DNA of 64,000 nt, taken from positions 1,957,751 through 2,021,750 of the forward strand of contig NMRA01000013.1 of the NCBI GenBank assembly GCA_002633005.1. Direction: 5' to 3'. The notes below the pieces were generated by a model. That model was given only the letters and a program-made list of their open reading frames with translations. It was not told the origin of the DNA and searched no databases. Made by a program: the position numbers and the translations under genes. This DNA is from Phoronis australis. Taxonomy: Eukaryota; Animalia; Phoronida. Each line of letters opens with the position of its first letter. Position 1 is the first letter of the stretch. This document shows positions 50,651-64,000 of this stretch, in pieces.

Positions 50651-52119
50651 ATCCTGTATAATTTTTTAGCATTACAGTACTCATGACTATCAACTCAATT
50701 TTGTATTTTGCTTCTAGAAAAGGGCTTTTGCTAACATCTTTCGAAATCATGTAAAAGTTGCGTCATTCATGGGGAATATGTGGGAAGAGATTGGGTGACT
50801 GTTCAAGAAGTGGGAAAGGCAGGAAATCCGTGGCCAACAGAGGATAAGATCACCTGACACGATGCTGTTAAAACGCCTTCGTGAGGATAACTTGGAAGAT
50901 CTGGTGGCGCTTAATGATGGGGAAATCAACTACAGCCAGTTTAAAAAGAGACACTTAACCAGTACAATCAGGTAAGCTTTGCTTCATAGCATATGATTGT
51001 TAATGATGAATTTACCATAACTGTTTGCAAAATCTTGGACTGTATCAAAATTGTAAGTTACACATAACCTAGCTACTTAGGTATTATGTCAAAGATTGTT
51101 TACAACCCTAAAAGTATTTCACAATGTAAGTGAAAATGATATCTGTGTTGCTGAGAACAGGAAGTGAAACCCCCCCTATTACCCAATGGTCTTGAGTTTA
51201 GTGAACCCATGCCTAAGGTCTCTACAGAGGGTACAAGTATTTTCAAATGTTTCAGGTCTTCAAACCTGGGCTCAGCTGACTCTCAGACAGGAAGAGACAA
51301 GGTAGAGAATCTACATTTCAGATAGGTACTTCATGAAACGGATTTGAACCCAAATGAGACTAGTCGAAAATTAAAACCCAAAAATTTGTTCATCCACACC
51401 AATTTATTTAATTTTTTTGTTTCACTTTTAATTGTCGGGTCTCTACAGCTGAACGGCACTGAACTTTACTTGTCATGTTTTGTAACCTATAAACATCAAC
51501 TCAAGCCATCCAAATATCCTGAGTGTTTATCACAAAAATGAACCAAAATGATTTGCCCGTTACTTCATAACAAGTGGAAGTTGGATGACATTTGATATCC
51601 CCTATTTAATTAGAAAAGTTTTACGTACAGACCAGCATAGAGTTCAGAAGAGATAAAGAAATTGCTGAGCAGAAACTCCTTGAGGCACAGTACAGGATCA
51701 CTACATTGGAAACCCTTTTGGCTGCTTATGCCCACATACCCAATTCTTTAATAGGAATTTCGATGCAACATATTCCATGTTTTGGACTAGGAGGGTGGGT
51801 GTCATTAATGGCAATCCCTTGGTATTACGATGCTAATCATTTTCTGATGACTTGACTGACATGCCTGGGCCTTTCTTTGGTTTCTGATTGACCTTAATAT
51901 AACTTAACACGGAGTGTGTACAGGGTACCTAAAGCAACACAGTGGCTCAAAAAGTGGAATTGTACAATCAAAATGGAAATATTATAATCTTTGGAAAATA
52001 TACACAGTTTTCCCCCGTAAACGCGATTACCCAGAATGCAATAGTCGCTCACCATCTTCAAAGGCAAGCTCTCGTTGTTTTCACGGTAAGCCTACTGTGC
52101 CTATATATTCTCCATTGCA

Positions 52120-52684
52120 TAATGTCAATTTTGAAAGAGAAACAGAACATAGTAAGGAAAAGTATAGAGATACATTGGACAATGTAACTAGAGCACGGTA
52201 CCTGGACAAGATATGGGAAATAGGCAATATTGATCTGTACGAGATCGCGTCAGCGAAGTGGTCTGCAGTAACGGAGGCCAGTGACTTACCGAGTATTTTG
52301 TAGCCAGACATTGTAAACTATCTGGTGAACAGAGTGCGTATACAATGGCAGCACTTAAAAGCTTATAAGTCTTTAGAAGCTTACAGCTATGTTGTGTCTG
52401 GGTTTGTTCTCAAGTTAAAGAGTAGCAAGGCTCCTAACTCCAGCGTAGTGCTTATGGCCAAAGTGAAGCATTCACAAAGAATGAACGATGGGTCGCTCAA
52501 ACCTTGGGTTATAGCTGATATAGATGGCACAGTTGTAGCAGGACAGTACACCTGTATGGCTGGGATTGGGGAGGACTGCTCTCATGTTGGGGCTTTGACA
52601 TTTGTTGTTGTTGCTGTGGTAAAGATCAAAGTAGCACGACAATTACTCAAGAAAAATCGGTTGCCTTCATCTGCTTCGAGGTAA
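52120..52684 (+). pseudogene. SWIM zinc-finger ORF of an ISL2EU/KolobokP-like transposon, degenerate
   Basis: RARYLDKI..IG.ID.Y, LPSI.*PDIVNYLV, LKAYKSLEAYSYVVSGFV, AKVKHSQRMN...KPWVI...GTV....TCMAGIGEDCSHVGAL. Confidence 0.75.
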
Positions 52685-54249
52685 ATGTTTTACTTCTGTT
52701 TATAACCTAGCAGGGCTCGACATAAGCTAGTGCTTGACAACGAGTGTGATCCCCAGGCCCATTCCATCACCTTGACCATCTTCCTCAAAGTCTATGTGAA
52801 CTGTAAAACTGACAGACATTTCATCTGCTAACTGTACTCATCACAAGAAGACATTAAATGCGTTAAGTAAACATGCCAGGCCAATTAAAGTTCAGGCTGG
52901 GGCATGAGGTGAGCTTGCATTGAATTGCAGCATCGAACTTTCACAGTGCTTGCCATTTTATCTTGAGAACCTTTACCTTATTAGTGTCATAAATACTGCA
53001 TGTCTTTGCAGTCCTTTGAAGGATCTTTCTGAAATTAGGAGGTGAATAGATCTCACTATGACTTACAGTTCACGGATTATTTAAGATTTGATAACTGTTC
53101 TTTTCTTGACCCATTCCTTGTAGTGCTTTTGTTGCTTAACCATCTATTGCGCAACGCTAGGTTTCCTAAGCATTATAAAGATAAATCAATGTACTCCACT
53201 CAATTTGTAGTATGGTCACGTGAACTATAGACAGCACTGAGCACGGTTTCACAGAAATAAAGTGGAGAACTATTTTAAGGTAAGCATTTTCAAGAAGTGA
53301 ACCCCGAACGTCTGGATGGAGATGGCAGCAATATGCACCCAACTGTGGATACATGTGGACACATAAAATACAAAGCATTGCATACCATAAAGTAATCTAA
53401 CATTAGGGCACATTTCAGTGTTCATCCTTTGCAAACCCCTAATACAGAAATCGTTCATGTAAATGTGCTAAACTTTACATTCCATAGAAAAGGCTGAAAA
53501 TGACTGGTAATTCCACTACTCCAATGGTAAATACCATACAAGTTCAGTCATGACGGGAATTCCCGTGTCTTTTTATAAGCTTACTTCGCAATGTACTCTA
53601 ATTTGCCATAAAATAGAATTATGCCACTAGCACCCACCATCTATCAAAGCATTCATTCTCAAGTAACATGATCAAAAAAAATTTGACTGCATTCCGCCTG
53701 TTGCTATGACTATACACAGCTTTTGTTTACTCAACACTGATCTGTTGCTTGACCCTCCTCAATTCCCTTGCTTTTCCACCAAACCTTCACACTGTGGACA
53801 CTGATAGTACAGGCTGTATTCTTGCCACTTTAGGACCAATGTGTCCAGTGTTATAGTCTGTGTCCTAGTCTAACAGTCTGAAAGCAAGTCATTATTGCAA
53901 ATCAAAGGTTATGCAAAAGTTAAAACCGCAACTTACAAGGCACCCAAAATATATTAAAAAATTGTTACAAACTAGAAATCAAATTGTCATCATTATGTAC
54001 CACAGGTACAATGCACAACAGGCGAGTGTCTCAATATGATTAATTTTCGCAACCACATGTACGGATATACATAGAATGATAGACAAAAAACAATTACCTG
54101 TGCATACAATAGAGGGAAAATAACAGAATAAAATAGATTTACCAAACTTCAAACCTATTCTAATAAGCAGTTTCTGTTCAAACCAATGTTCATTATTTTG
54201 CATGAGACAAACAGACAAGGTGAATAAAAAAGAAGACGATGAACCAATG

Positions 54250-57200
54250 TTATACCTTACGGAGGGCTTCTGTGAGCGATGACATCATCTCAGCGCTGAC
54301 ATGGCTAAGGTCACTCAGTTGGCATGGATGGCCAAGATTCGTTGGCCGAAGACGCAGCCTCTGTTTGATCAACGCAGCAGACTTCAACAACGGCTTTTCT
54401 TGGTAATCCATGCCAGAAGTGAAGATCATTTCTGAAGGTTGCAACTCCAATGTAGAAACAACCAGTTTGCTACCTAATGTACTTTGGACAGATTTCACAG
54501 GATTTGCTTTGGAGGAGTTTCTTACACCTGGTTTTTCACGTGAAGACGGCAATGTCGAAAATGTCTGATTTTGTACCATTTGTTCTTCATCCAACTCAGT
54601 GTGCCAGGCATTTTTTCGTAAGAAACTTCCCCCAGACACCTTGCTTAAGTTATTTTGGCAAGTTGGTGGCACATTAAAAGCTTGTGCCCAATCATTTTCA
54701 TCACTTGGCAACTTCGTAGATTCAAGGTCTGTGGGTATCAAATCAGCTGCTGTGACAATCTGTTTATCATGTTTCCTGCTAGTAACATCATTCACCACGT
54801 GACCACCGGCAAAGGGCATTCTGTTGCCATTACTGTCTGTGTACAACGCTGATGCACAAGGCGAACGCTCCATGGCATAAGTTAATGGCGGTACTCCACC
54901 TAGCTCAGAATAAATCATCCTTGATGCTTGGCTTAAGTCATTGCGATCACTCTCTCCAACATCTTCTAACTTCTGATCACGTGACCATCCTTGGATTGTT
55001 GACCGAGGTGGTGACACCGACCGACGTTCACTGTCCAGCCTTTGGTTAACTAGGTCAATGATCTTGCGGGCCGACTGGATGTCATCCATAGCTTCCTGTG
55101 GTATGCCAGCAGCAGAGAATAGTCTCTGCCATGATGAGGGAAATGAGAGATTATCCAGACTTGACCTTATATCCTATCAAAAACAGAAGATTAGCTACTA
55201 GCATGCACCATTAACATCACAGAGACGTTCAATAAAACTGATGGTTTCATCCAAATTATGGCAAAAATGCAGAAGACAAGAAGACGAAAAACAAAATTCT
55301 ATTATTTGAAAATAACCATGAAAGTCTCGTTTCTAAATTTTGCCTGTTATTTATGACAAAAACTTCCCTCAAAACTCCTCAAGTCTACAGTCAACATTGG
55401 CTAATGTTTTCCTCTCAAACACAGACTTCTAATGATCAGTCCCTCAGCTGAAGCAAACATTGACAGCTACAACGCTCTCAATGGAACATGCCACTTTATA
55501 ATGATTCACAAATAATCAAGCCAAGGCTCAATGCCAAAATAAATTAATTTATCCCTATTTAACAACACAGCAGTATTAAACCTTGACACTGAAGGAAAAT
55601 TTATCTAAATCAAAAAATAACCTTCAACACTACACCTTGTTTTCAAAAAATTCATGAATGACACCAAAATTTAACTGGCTTTGTCAAAAACCGTGAAGCA
55701 AATAAAGGTAAAATATAGTTCAATTCACTACGAGAATTGACCAAAATAATTTGTTCAGACTTTTTAATGCAATATTCTTCATTTTTTGGAGAAAAAGTCT
55801 GGAGTTCTGATAAAAATGTCCATGTTCTGCACTAACTACTCATTCCTTACAGAAAAGACACAATCCGTCAAAATTGAAAACTATCAACTCATCTTTTCAA
55901 CGAGAATGCAATAACGCATTAAAAGTTTGCCTTGCTTACCTGAAACTGTGGCCTGCAGGCTGGGTTGGCGTTCCAGCACCTCTGAATGAGATTTCCCAAT
56001 CCATCTGGGCATGACCTCGGGATGACAGGTCTCACGTTGTTCCGCGTTTGCTCCAAAACCTTCAAAGGTCATAAAACTACAAGTCAACATAATGTTTTCA
56101 TGGTAATTTCAGTCATGTAGTGACAGGTTCATTTTTGAATTATCGGCAGCGATAAGAGAAGCAGACGCTATGCATTTTAAGGTACTGAAATGTTGTTTTA
56201 AACATACCCAGTTTGCTAAGTTGCATTACTAGTCCGACTGTCTCTGAGCATTTCCCTAATCCACACAATTTTGACAAGTTATCCATACAAAGATCACCGG
56301 AACGGAACATTTTCAAAATCTTCAAGTTCCTTTGAAGTCATGCCAAAAGGCAACAAGGAAGTCAGAGAGAAATTTTCTCTCATTACCAATCACTACAAAA
56401 TCACACTTTTAAGAACTCCCCCCTAAAATATCGGCCAACACATTACATGTGTATGCTTTAAAGGCCTTCTGCGCCGAGATCGAAACATGAACCAATTCGA
56501 GTGTGTGTATTGGTCCCGATTCTAAAGTACACTCAACACTTCAACCAATGACAACAGCTGTCTAACCTGATAGATGGAACAGTCCTTGTAGGGCAGCTCT
56601 CTCGTCAACATCTCCCAGAGAATAATTCCAAAGCTGTAGACATCTGCCTTATTTGTCATCTCAGCACCATCCAGTAGTTCTGGCGCCACCCAAGTGGGGG
56701 CGATGCCAACCATCGATGTTGTCTTGGACTGCTTTTCCTGAGCTTCATGTCTGACAGGATAAGTTAAAGGTGAACGTCACCTTTTTGACTAATTCCTCTT
56801 TTTGGCTTATTTTTCTTACTCTGGGATGCATTTGTGCCTTTTATTAGTCGATTTTAGTAAAATCAAAATTAACAGTGGTCCAAACTGAAAGTGCGATGCT
56901 GCGAGTTGCATAATACAAACAGCATTAGTCTGAGCTGTTGACTCATAGCTATATTCAGTTCTATCATCACTTTAATTCTGGCAAATGTACTAGGGTTGGT
57001 ATAGAAAGTTGGCAAGTGGCTCGGTCATTAAGCTCACTAATCAGAATGGAAATACAACAAATGACAGCTTACTCAGACAAGATGGCATTCAGGGTCACAC
57101 GGTTCGAGCAATTACCATTTTTATTAATTTCATTTTTGAGGAAATAGACTAAAAACAATCCAAATAACCACCACGGTACGTGAAATATGGATAGTAATTG

Positions 57201-60200
57201 ACCAGAAATTTCTTCCAAAAGACACAATGTTCGCTGTAGTACCTACAAACGAGGCAACCTCAACATAAAAGGCACACTGTTCACTGGACCAAAATTTGCA
57301 GAATTCAGGACATACCTGACCTGTTGATGAATCTCCTATTTTAATATCTTAATTCCCTTACATTTACAGTTATAATCGTTCTGTCTTAATGGACAAATCT
57401 GACTAAGGGCTGTTCCAGCAAAATCTGTGTGGGAGGGAGGGGAAGGCACTTTTATTTCGTACCCACCGCCCATATTTTTCATTTATTTCTCCAACCCATG
57501 ACCCATAATTTTTTAATTATTTTTAATAGGTTAAAATTTAAAATCCAACACTTGCAAACAAATTGTCTCCAGGAGGACCTGTTAAGAACTTAGATAATTG
57601 ACAGAAAAGAACTAGTTGTCTTGTCCAATATTGTCAAAAACTAAAAGTAGCCTGTGAGCAATACTTTTGGCAGCCACCAGGTGTCTCTGTTCACCATGTG
57701 TCTATAATTTCAATGAACATTTTTTCAATTATAAGGATCTATGAATCTCAAACTGTCTACACGAACTCTTTTATACTTCTATGTCAAGCGAATATTGGAA
57801 CTTGTTTATCTTACTCCTTATTATTTTTATTTAAAAATCATCAATTTTCTTATATGTGTTAACACCAGTTTAGTGTTGCATAACTTTTCAATTCAATAGG
57901 ACTGCAGACAAACAATTGGCTTAAATCAAGTTGTCCATGACTTGATTAATGGCTCATTGAACATATTGCACTCTGTTCACTGGCAATATGGGCTTTTTTT
58001 GCATTGGGTTAAGTTAGGATATTAGTCAATTGCATTTTTTTGAGTTTTGATTTCTTTGGAGATGTGTTCTGTGTTCCGCTGAAGTAACCAACCTGTCAAC
58101 AATAACAGGTCAAAAAATACCACCCATTTTTAATGGATCACTTCTTACAGGAATGACCACCCATAATTTGAGTTTTTTTCTGAAGACCACCACCCATGAA
58201 TTTTTATTTCTACTGCCGTCCCCCCCTCCCACACGGATTTTACTGGAACAGCCCTAAGCTTGAGTAAAGTATTCCTATACTGAATTTTGCATGCATCTTC
58301 TACCTGAACAATGATTGCTAGGAAGTGAGTAAAGCTAGGCAATTTCAAAGATATGCCTACGTTATTTCGGTGATGTGCCTGACACTTACCTAAGCTTAGA
58401 GAATCCAAAGCCTGTAACCTTTGCCCTACCCTGACTGTCCAGCAGTATGCATCTCGTGGTAAGATCCAGGTGTAACACAGGTGGACTGTGAGAGTGGAGG
58501 TGATTCATGCCCAGTGCTGCATCACGTGATATTTGGTAGTAGGTCACATGATCCAGATCAGGCCTAGGTAGAGGGATGTGGTTACGTTAGAAAGTTGCAC
58601 GTGACAGCTATCGGTTTTTAGAAAGGTCCACGACCACACATAGAGCTTCTAACGCCAGGACATATAAAACAAGGCTGAGGGATGGCTCTGGACAGGTGAG
58701 CTACCCCTGCCTGTTCTCTAGAGGGCCAGTTAGTGAGAGTGTCTCAGCTGCATAATATATTCTTAACCCTTATCCTGCTGAACCTCTATTCAGACTACTT
58801 TCCCTGTGTGCTGAGCTAAGTAGGTCACCCCTACTGCTGTACACTAAGCTGTTATGAAGGTCACCCAGACTAATGACCTAACAAGTTTAAATTGGAAATT
58901 TGAAGAGGAAATGTTAAGTTCACAGAAAAGAAGCCAACACAAAAGTTGTCCATAAGTTAATGGAGATTTTTACCATATGTAAATCTTCATCTTAGCCTTA
59001 GTGAAACTGATCCACTGTCATCTTCTCAGGTCTGGCTCCAGCCACGTAATGAAACTGTGTCGCCTGCCAATATCTCCCAAACTACTAATCACAGCCATAT
59101 GGTTTAACCCTTATCCTGCTGAGCCTCAATATTCAGACAACTTTACCCCTGTGCTGAGCTAAGTAGGTCACCACAACTACTGTACACTAAGCTGTTATGA
59201 AGGTCACCCAAACGAATGACCTAACAAGTTTAAATTGGAAATTTGAAGGGGAAATGTTAATTTCACAGAAAAGAAGCCAACACAAAAATTGTCAAGAATT
59301 TAATGGAGGTTTTAACCCTATGTAAATCTTCATCATAACCTTAGTGAAAGTAAACTGATCCACTGTCATCCACTCACGTCTGGCTCCAGCCATATAATAG
59401 CGGAGTTGCAACGCCGCCATATTGGAAATGGGTCAGAATGTTGCATTGTGGTTAAGCTGGTAAACAAGTACGTCGGCAAGCGTGGGGGCGAACAGGCCAC
59501 AGGGAGGTTATACGTGTTGTGTGCGTGGCTGCTATAATACCAGTCAGCTAGATAAAGAATTTAGTTACTACCTGTTTCCCAAGGATCAAGAACTGCGTTA
59601 AACATGGGTAAGACACATCGGTACAGCTAGTAGCAAAGGTCGACTTAGTGAATTCGGCCGACTTCGTAGCATAAAGTATGCAGCGCTCATTTTGAGGGCG
59701 GCAAAAAAACGCATCTTGGAAACTGCCCAACAATATTTCTCTTGAAAGAAACAGTAACAAGTACTCCATGGCGGATGGTAGTGACCAGAACCAAGCCAAC
59801 ATGAGCTATTTTGAGGATAATGCCTCTGCACAATCACCTGTTCTGGGTCGACTAACTTAACGTACACACAACACTATATGCATTAACGCGCTAAGATAAA
59901 GCGTGCAGAATATTATTTACTTTCTACAAAATTGTGGTACATTACTATCAAAATTCGTTGTTAAATTACTATCATTTTTTCAGAAAATTGTGCTGAAATC
60001 CCAGGGCGAAATCTCGCCGACAAATGCGTAGCTGCCGGTCTCGCAATCATCGATAGAGCTTGAATTCTTGAATAAGAATACAGCTTTGACTCAACAAATT
60101 ACCTGAAATCCTCCTCAAGTTTTCCAAATAGCATCTCTACGATTTTAAGTTATTGTGGAGTCTGGATTAACTGCAGATTAAGTCCAAATCTGTGCTAGAT

Positions 60201-62658
60201 TGTAGCCCGCAACACAAGAAAATGCGATGTAATGATCTAGGTGTGCATTGTACCCAAAGAAATTAACTCAAGCAGTCAAGCAGAGCGTGTTTTAATATTT
60301 AGCTTAGCACTTGCTTGCATCATCTGTTAAAAAACGTTCGAGAATTGTTTGGGTAAAACCGATATGTCACTCGTTGGAGTCGCCGGGTGAGTGGATGCGT
60401 GACCATAGTGTAACAGCTATTTTCTGGAAGATTCGGGGTGTAAGGGTGCGAATGTGTTCACTATCAGTGGGTCATTTTGACTTTAAAAACACCAATTATG
60501 ATTAGTTAAATAATTTCTCTTAAAAATAATGCATAAGTTTTTTACGGTATTAGAAACTTTCGGAAATTAGTGCCAATATTTATTTCTTGCCGATGATATG
60601 TTACCCGTTTCATGAATAGATAGGTCCCAACTAAATATCTTTGATGACAGCCGGTACACTATGCAGCGCGATTTCTTGGCCGCGTACTATCACTGGTTGA
60701 GTTTTTTTATTAGTCTTTGATTCACGGTTTTCACCTGTACAAAGAAGTTTGGATTCCTGTTGAGGCCGGAGAAGATCTGTACCGCGGGAAAGAAATAATG
60801 CAATCCCGCTGACAAGTACGCTGCGTCTGTTTTCAAAGTCCGGACCCGCGTAGTGGGGCACAGCCCTCGCAAGAGCAGCAAAACCTTTGTGTTCTTTTTG
60901 AATCGCGGCATAAGTTTGAAGTGTATACGGACATAACGGTGAGGCTCGTGGTCTACAAATTCAGGACTGTCGGATCTTTCAATCGATGAATTGGAGACGT
61001 TAGAACTGTAGGTAAGGCATTTTTCGCATGTAGTTCATGGGCGCTTAATTTAGCGAAGTCTGAAAACGTGTTGGGGCACTTATTGGGGCATGGGGGCTTA
61101 TTAGGGTGAATAGCGGCAGAATTACATACAGTAGCATAGTTTAATGCACACAAATCACACGTCGTGCAAACCAATCGGCCATTCCACATACCTTAATCAA
61201 TACCAATAGCCTTTGCGCACCCTAATTTCCGGACATGCGCAATCGTTAAATCGATTCGGTTGCAACTCCGCTATTAACTATGGGTCTACGCTTACATAAA
61301 CCAGCCAATATCTACCAAACTAGTAATCAGAGCCATATGCTTTAAATCAGAGAAATGTAGAGGAAATTATGAACTATAGAATGCGCATGCTCACATACCT
61401 TAACAACATTCTAGGTCTCTTACAATTTCTGAATGAAAATCACAAGTGTCCTGGGGTGAGTGCACTCTCCTAGCGCAGCCCAGCTGTAACTTATTATAGT
61501 CGATTGAGTACACCCAACACATTGTAACAGGATAATTGGCATGTCATCTGACCTCGCCTAGTGCAGGATAAGGGTAAAAGAATACGCAGAAACAACACTG
61601 TGCTTAGAAGCAACAGATTTACCTTGAAAAATCATGAAGCAGAGAGTACAGACTACCCTGGGCCATGTACTCAAACACCAATAGAGGGTGTGACGGAGCG
61701 GTGCAGACACCAAGGAGCCGGACAACGCGCGGGTGTTGTAGTTCATGAAGGAGACTGACCTGTAACAAGCCACAGAGGGCACTGACACAACAACAACAAA
61801 CAGTACCTAGTGATCTGCTCATGTAAACAGTACCTAGTGATCTGGTCGTGTAAACAGTACCTAGTGATCTGGTCGTGTAAACAGTACCTAGTGATCTGCT
61901 CGTGTAAACAGTACCTAGTGATCTGCTCATGTAAACAGTACCTAGTGATCTGCTCATGTAAACAGTACCTAGTGATCTGGTCATGTAAACAGTACCTATT
62001 GATCTGGTCATGTAAACAGAACCCTATTGGCAAAAAAAATCTCCCCATGCCCAGAACTTCGAGGCATTATTCAAACGAGAGTCCAATCCGAGCATTAATG
62101 ATTGTATTCAGATAGTCACATGGGACCCACTAACACCTCCATGCAGGTAAACTACTTTCAGTTATCAAAGTATCACAACCCGAGTTATGAGAGGACTCAC
62201 TCATCAGCACCAACAGGTCAATATCGAAGACTCCCATTGCTGTGTGAACTATAGCCAAGTCTATATGGAAGGCTGGCTTCTAATTTAAGCGTTGTCAGAG
62301 TTAACTAAATTGAAGGAGGACTGGTTCATTATACAATAACTTACAAATAATTCTAGGCAATATGCTGCAACCTATTTCCAGTAACGAAATAACACACAAT
62401 ATCATGATGAAAACAAAAATTCTACCTACCATTTCAACCAATTATTTTTTAAAATGTCCTCAGCTGCATTACGTCAAATTAATTTTCAAGCTTAATGTTT
62501 GCACAGTGACCGTTTACATGGCGGTATCAAGCTTACTTCTGCTGCAAAGTAGTTAATGTCTTGGGCCGCCAATGGTAGTTTGAGCTTTTTCACAGCAACC
62601 TCCAAGCTATTGAACACTCCTCTGAATATACAACTGAAGGCACCCTGGCCCAGTTTGT
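54250..62658 (-). CDS. TKL-group protein kinase-like (probable pseudokinase) with WASP-like tail motifs; 5' end not identified
   Basis: Phase-compatible exons 62658-62537 (LGQGAFS, VAVKK), 61759-61623 ([20 protein letters not shown]), 58563-58390 ([13 protein letters not shown]), 56750-56567 ([17 protein letters not shown]), 56059-55940 (RP..P..CP..L..LI..CW...P..RP.F) and 55173-54250/54256. Confidence 0.9.
57407..58254. mobile_element. PIF/Harbinger MITE
   Basis: TIRs GGGCTGTTCCAGCAAAATCTGTGTGGGAGGG / CCCTCCCACACGGATTTTACTGGAACAGCCC with TAA TSD on both sides. Confidence 0.85.
58762..59394. repeat. Tandem duplication of a ~340 bp intronic unit; second copy interrupted and resuming at ~61300-61346
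   Basis: TTAACCCTTATCCTGCTGA..GTGCTGAGCTAAGTAGGTCACC..TCTGGCTCCAGCCA at ~58763 and ~59104; tail GCCAATATCT.CCAAACTA.TAATCA.AGCCATATG at 59066 and 61304. Confidence 0.85.
59395..61276. mobile_element. Non-autonomous TIR DNA transposon (possibly ISL2EU-like)
   Basis: Perfect 18-bp inverted ends TAATAGCGGAGTTGCAAC / GTTGCAACTCCGCTATTA; CpG-rich interior; no intact ORF. Confidence 0.75.
61798..62018. repeat. Minisatellite, 27 bp unit x8, next to a kinase splice acceptor
   Basis: AAACAGTACCTAGTGATCTG(C/G)TC(A/G)TGT repeated eight times. Confidence 0.95.
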
Positions 62659-64000
62659 CTGAAAGTCAGATGCTATGGGAATTAAACATGAATTATAATC
62701 TAAAATATGCAATTTCCACTAAACACCATAAGCTAGAAATTTGTTGAAAACACAGCAGAGCTGCTGTGATCGGTAAGTTCACATGATAGCTTTTGGTTTG
62801 GTTTATTTTCTCGTTTTTATTTAGCTCTGGGTAAATGGGCCCTTCTTGTCAGCTAGTCTAAGTTCATTCTGATCAGCAAGCTGTACTACCGTTAAGTATA
62901 ATCATAGACTACAGTACATGGACCGCCAACTCCATATACTTTCAATGGACGAAATCTGTGCTTTCGCACAACGTTACGTCATTATTCAATAACGACACCT
63001 GACCAAATTATGTGGTATTATTTCCGCCAAGTATGTCGTCTGCTGATCTTGGTCGGCTGTTGTGTGGTCGGGTGGTAGTAGCATTGCTAAAAGTACTCAC
63101 AATACCAACAGTTCTACTATTTTCAGATTTTGAACGATGTTTCAAAGCCGAAATTATTATTTTGTTTGCGTTGTACTGGACAGTAAAATAGATGCGAGAA
63201 TTTCCTGTCACAATACACTAAACGGAAAATGAACCAGATAATTTAGGAGAGTGGCGCCGCCTTGGAAGAAAATGTCGGAGTTGCGAATCTGTTGTCAATA
63301 ATCTATGGTATAATCAACTGTGACCATTAATGCAACAGAGCCAAAGATGACAAGAGCAATGCTAATAAGCATCGAGAATTTTAGATGTCAAAATACATTG
63401 GAACCCAATTATTTAATACGCTTCAACTATCTTCAATACTGAATATCGAGCACTTAGACACATGTGGCCACAAGCAGAACTGTGTCCATATCTAATCAGT
63501 ACCTGCACCTTTGTACAATTAAGGCAAGGGTAAGCTAAGATTTACTTCCCTAACAAAACAGTCAGCAGAAATTTAAGACAAGCACGTGTACAAGAAACAG
63601 TCATCTGCACCCAGGAATAAAGATCAGGCACACGTTCCAATGTGCGAAACACTTGAGAGCATAATTTCTTGAATGAACATATTGTTCAAGATGTAGACAC
63701 GAGTCTGCAACTGTTCATAATCTAATGTAATGTGCAATCTATTATTTGTCTATTCGGTGAGCACACCAGCCAAACGTATCCGGAACACCTTCGTAGCCCC
63801 AAATTGTGCCTCGGAGGTGTTTCATATTAGCGCATATGTGAATAGACCGGCAGCCCAGAGCACTTAGCATAGATGAACGAGGTACCAACATCTGACCACG
63901 GGAGCATTTAAAGTCCACCTCAGTATGTACAGAAATGGACGTCTGCCGTTGTCTGCACTCTGGGTGTGACCCCTGGGGGCCTTACAAAGACCCCAAAAAA

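Noticed and set aside
52730-53170. Possible further kinase exons on the minus strand
   Set aside because: Candidate exons contain stops or have the wrong phase; more likely decayed transposon exons.
61798-62018. CRISPR-like periodic repeats (also 33352-33680 and 8050-8290)
   Set aside because: Head-to-tail units with no unique spacers, no cas genes, eukaryotic context: minisatellites.

Overview
AT-rich, intron-rich invertebrate (metazoan) genomic DNA, not prokaryotic. The left part holds the last five coding exons and long 3' UTR of a + strand PA-TM-RING-H2 E3 ligase (goliath/RNF130/RNF150 family, 2607-13830). The right part holds six exons of a - strand TKL-type kinase-like gene (54250-62658). 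That kinase has lost both Mg-binding residues and carries WASP-like motifs in its tail. The highlight is an essentially full-length (~5.9 kb) endogenous parvovirus at ~19290-25231. Its NS1 and capsid are chaphamaparvovirus-like (Hamaparvovirinae), yet it has a densovirus-type phospholipase A2 ORF placed upstream of NS1 with its own TATA/Inr and splice signals. It also has an overlapping NP-like ORF, an orphan 250-aa ORF after the capsid, a preserved right-end hairpin and a relic 45-bp inverted repeat linking the two ends. Between 25.7 and 53 kb lies a nest of transposons. These include a ~12.8 kb SET-domain-encoding element with (TG)n ends that split a SWIM-finger codon run, nested hAT and PIF elements, a HINE/Helentron-like element with a CTCF-motif array, and Kolobok, ISL2EU-like and DIRS remnants. 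All family assignments come from motif recognition by eye; no database search was run.
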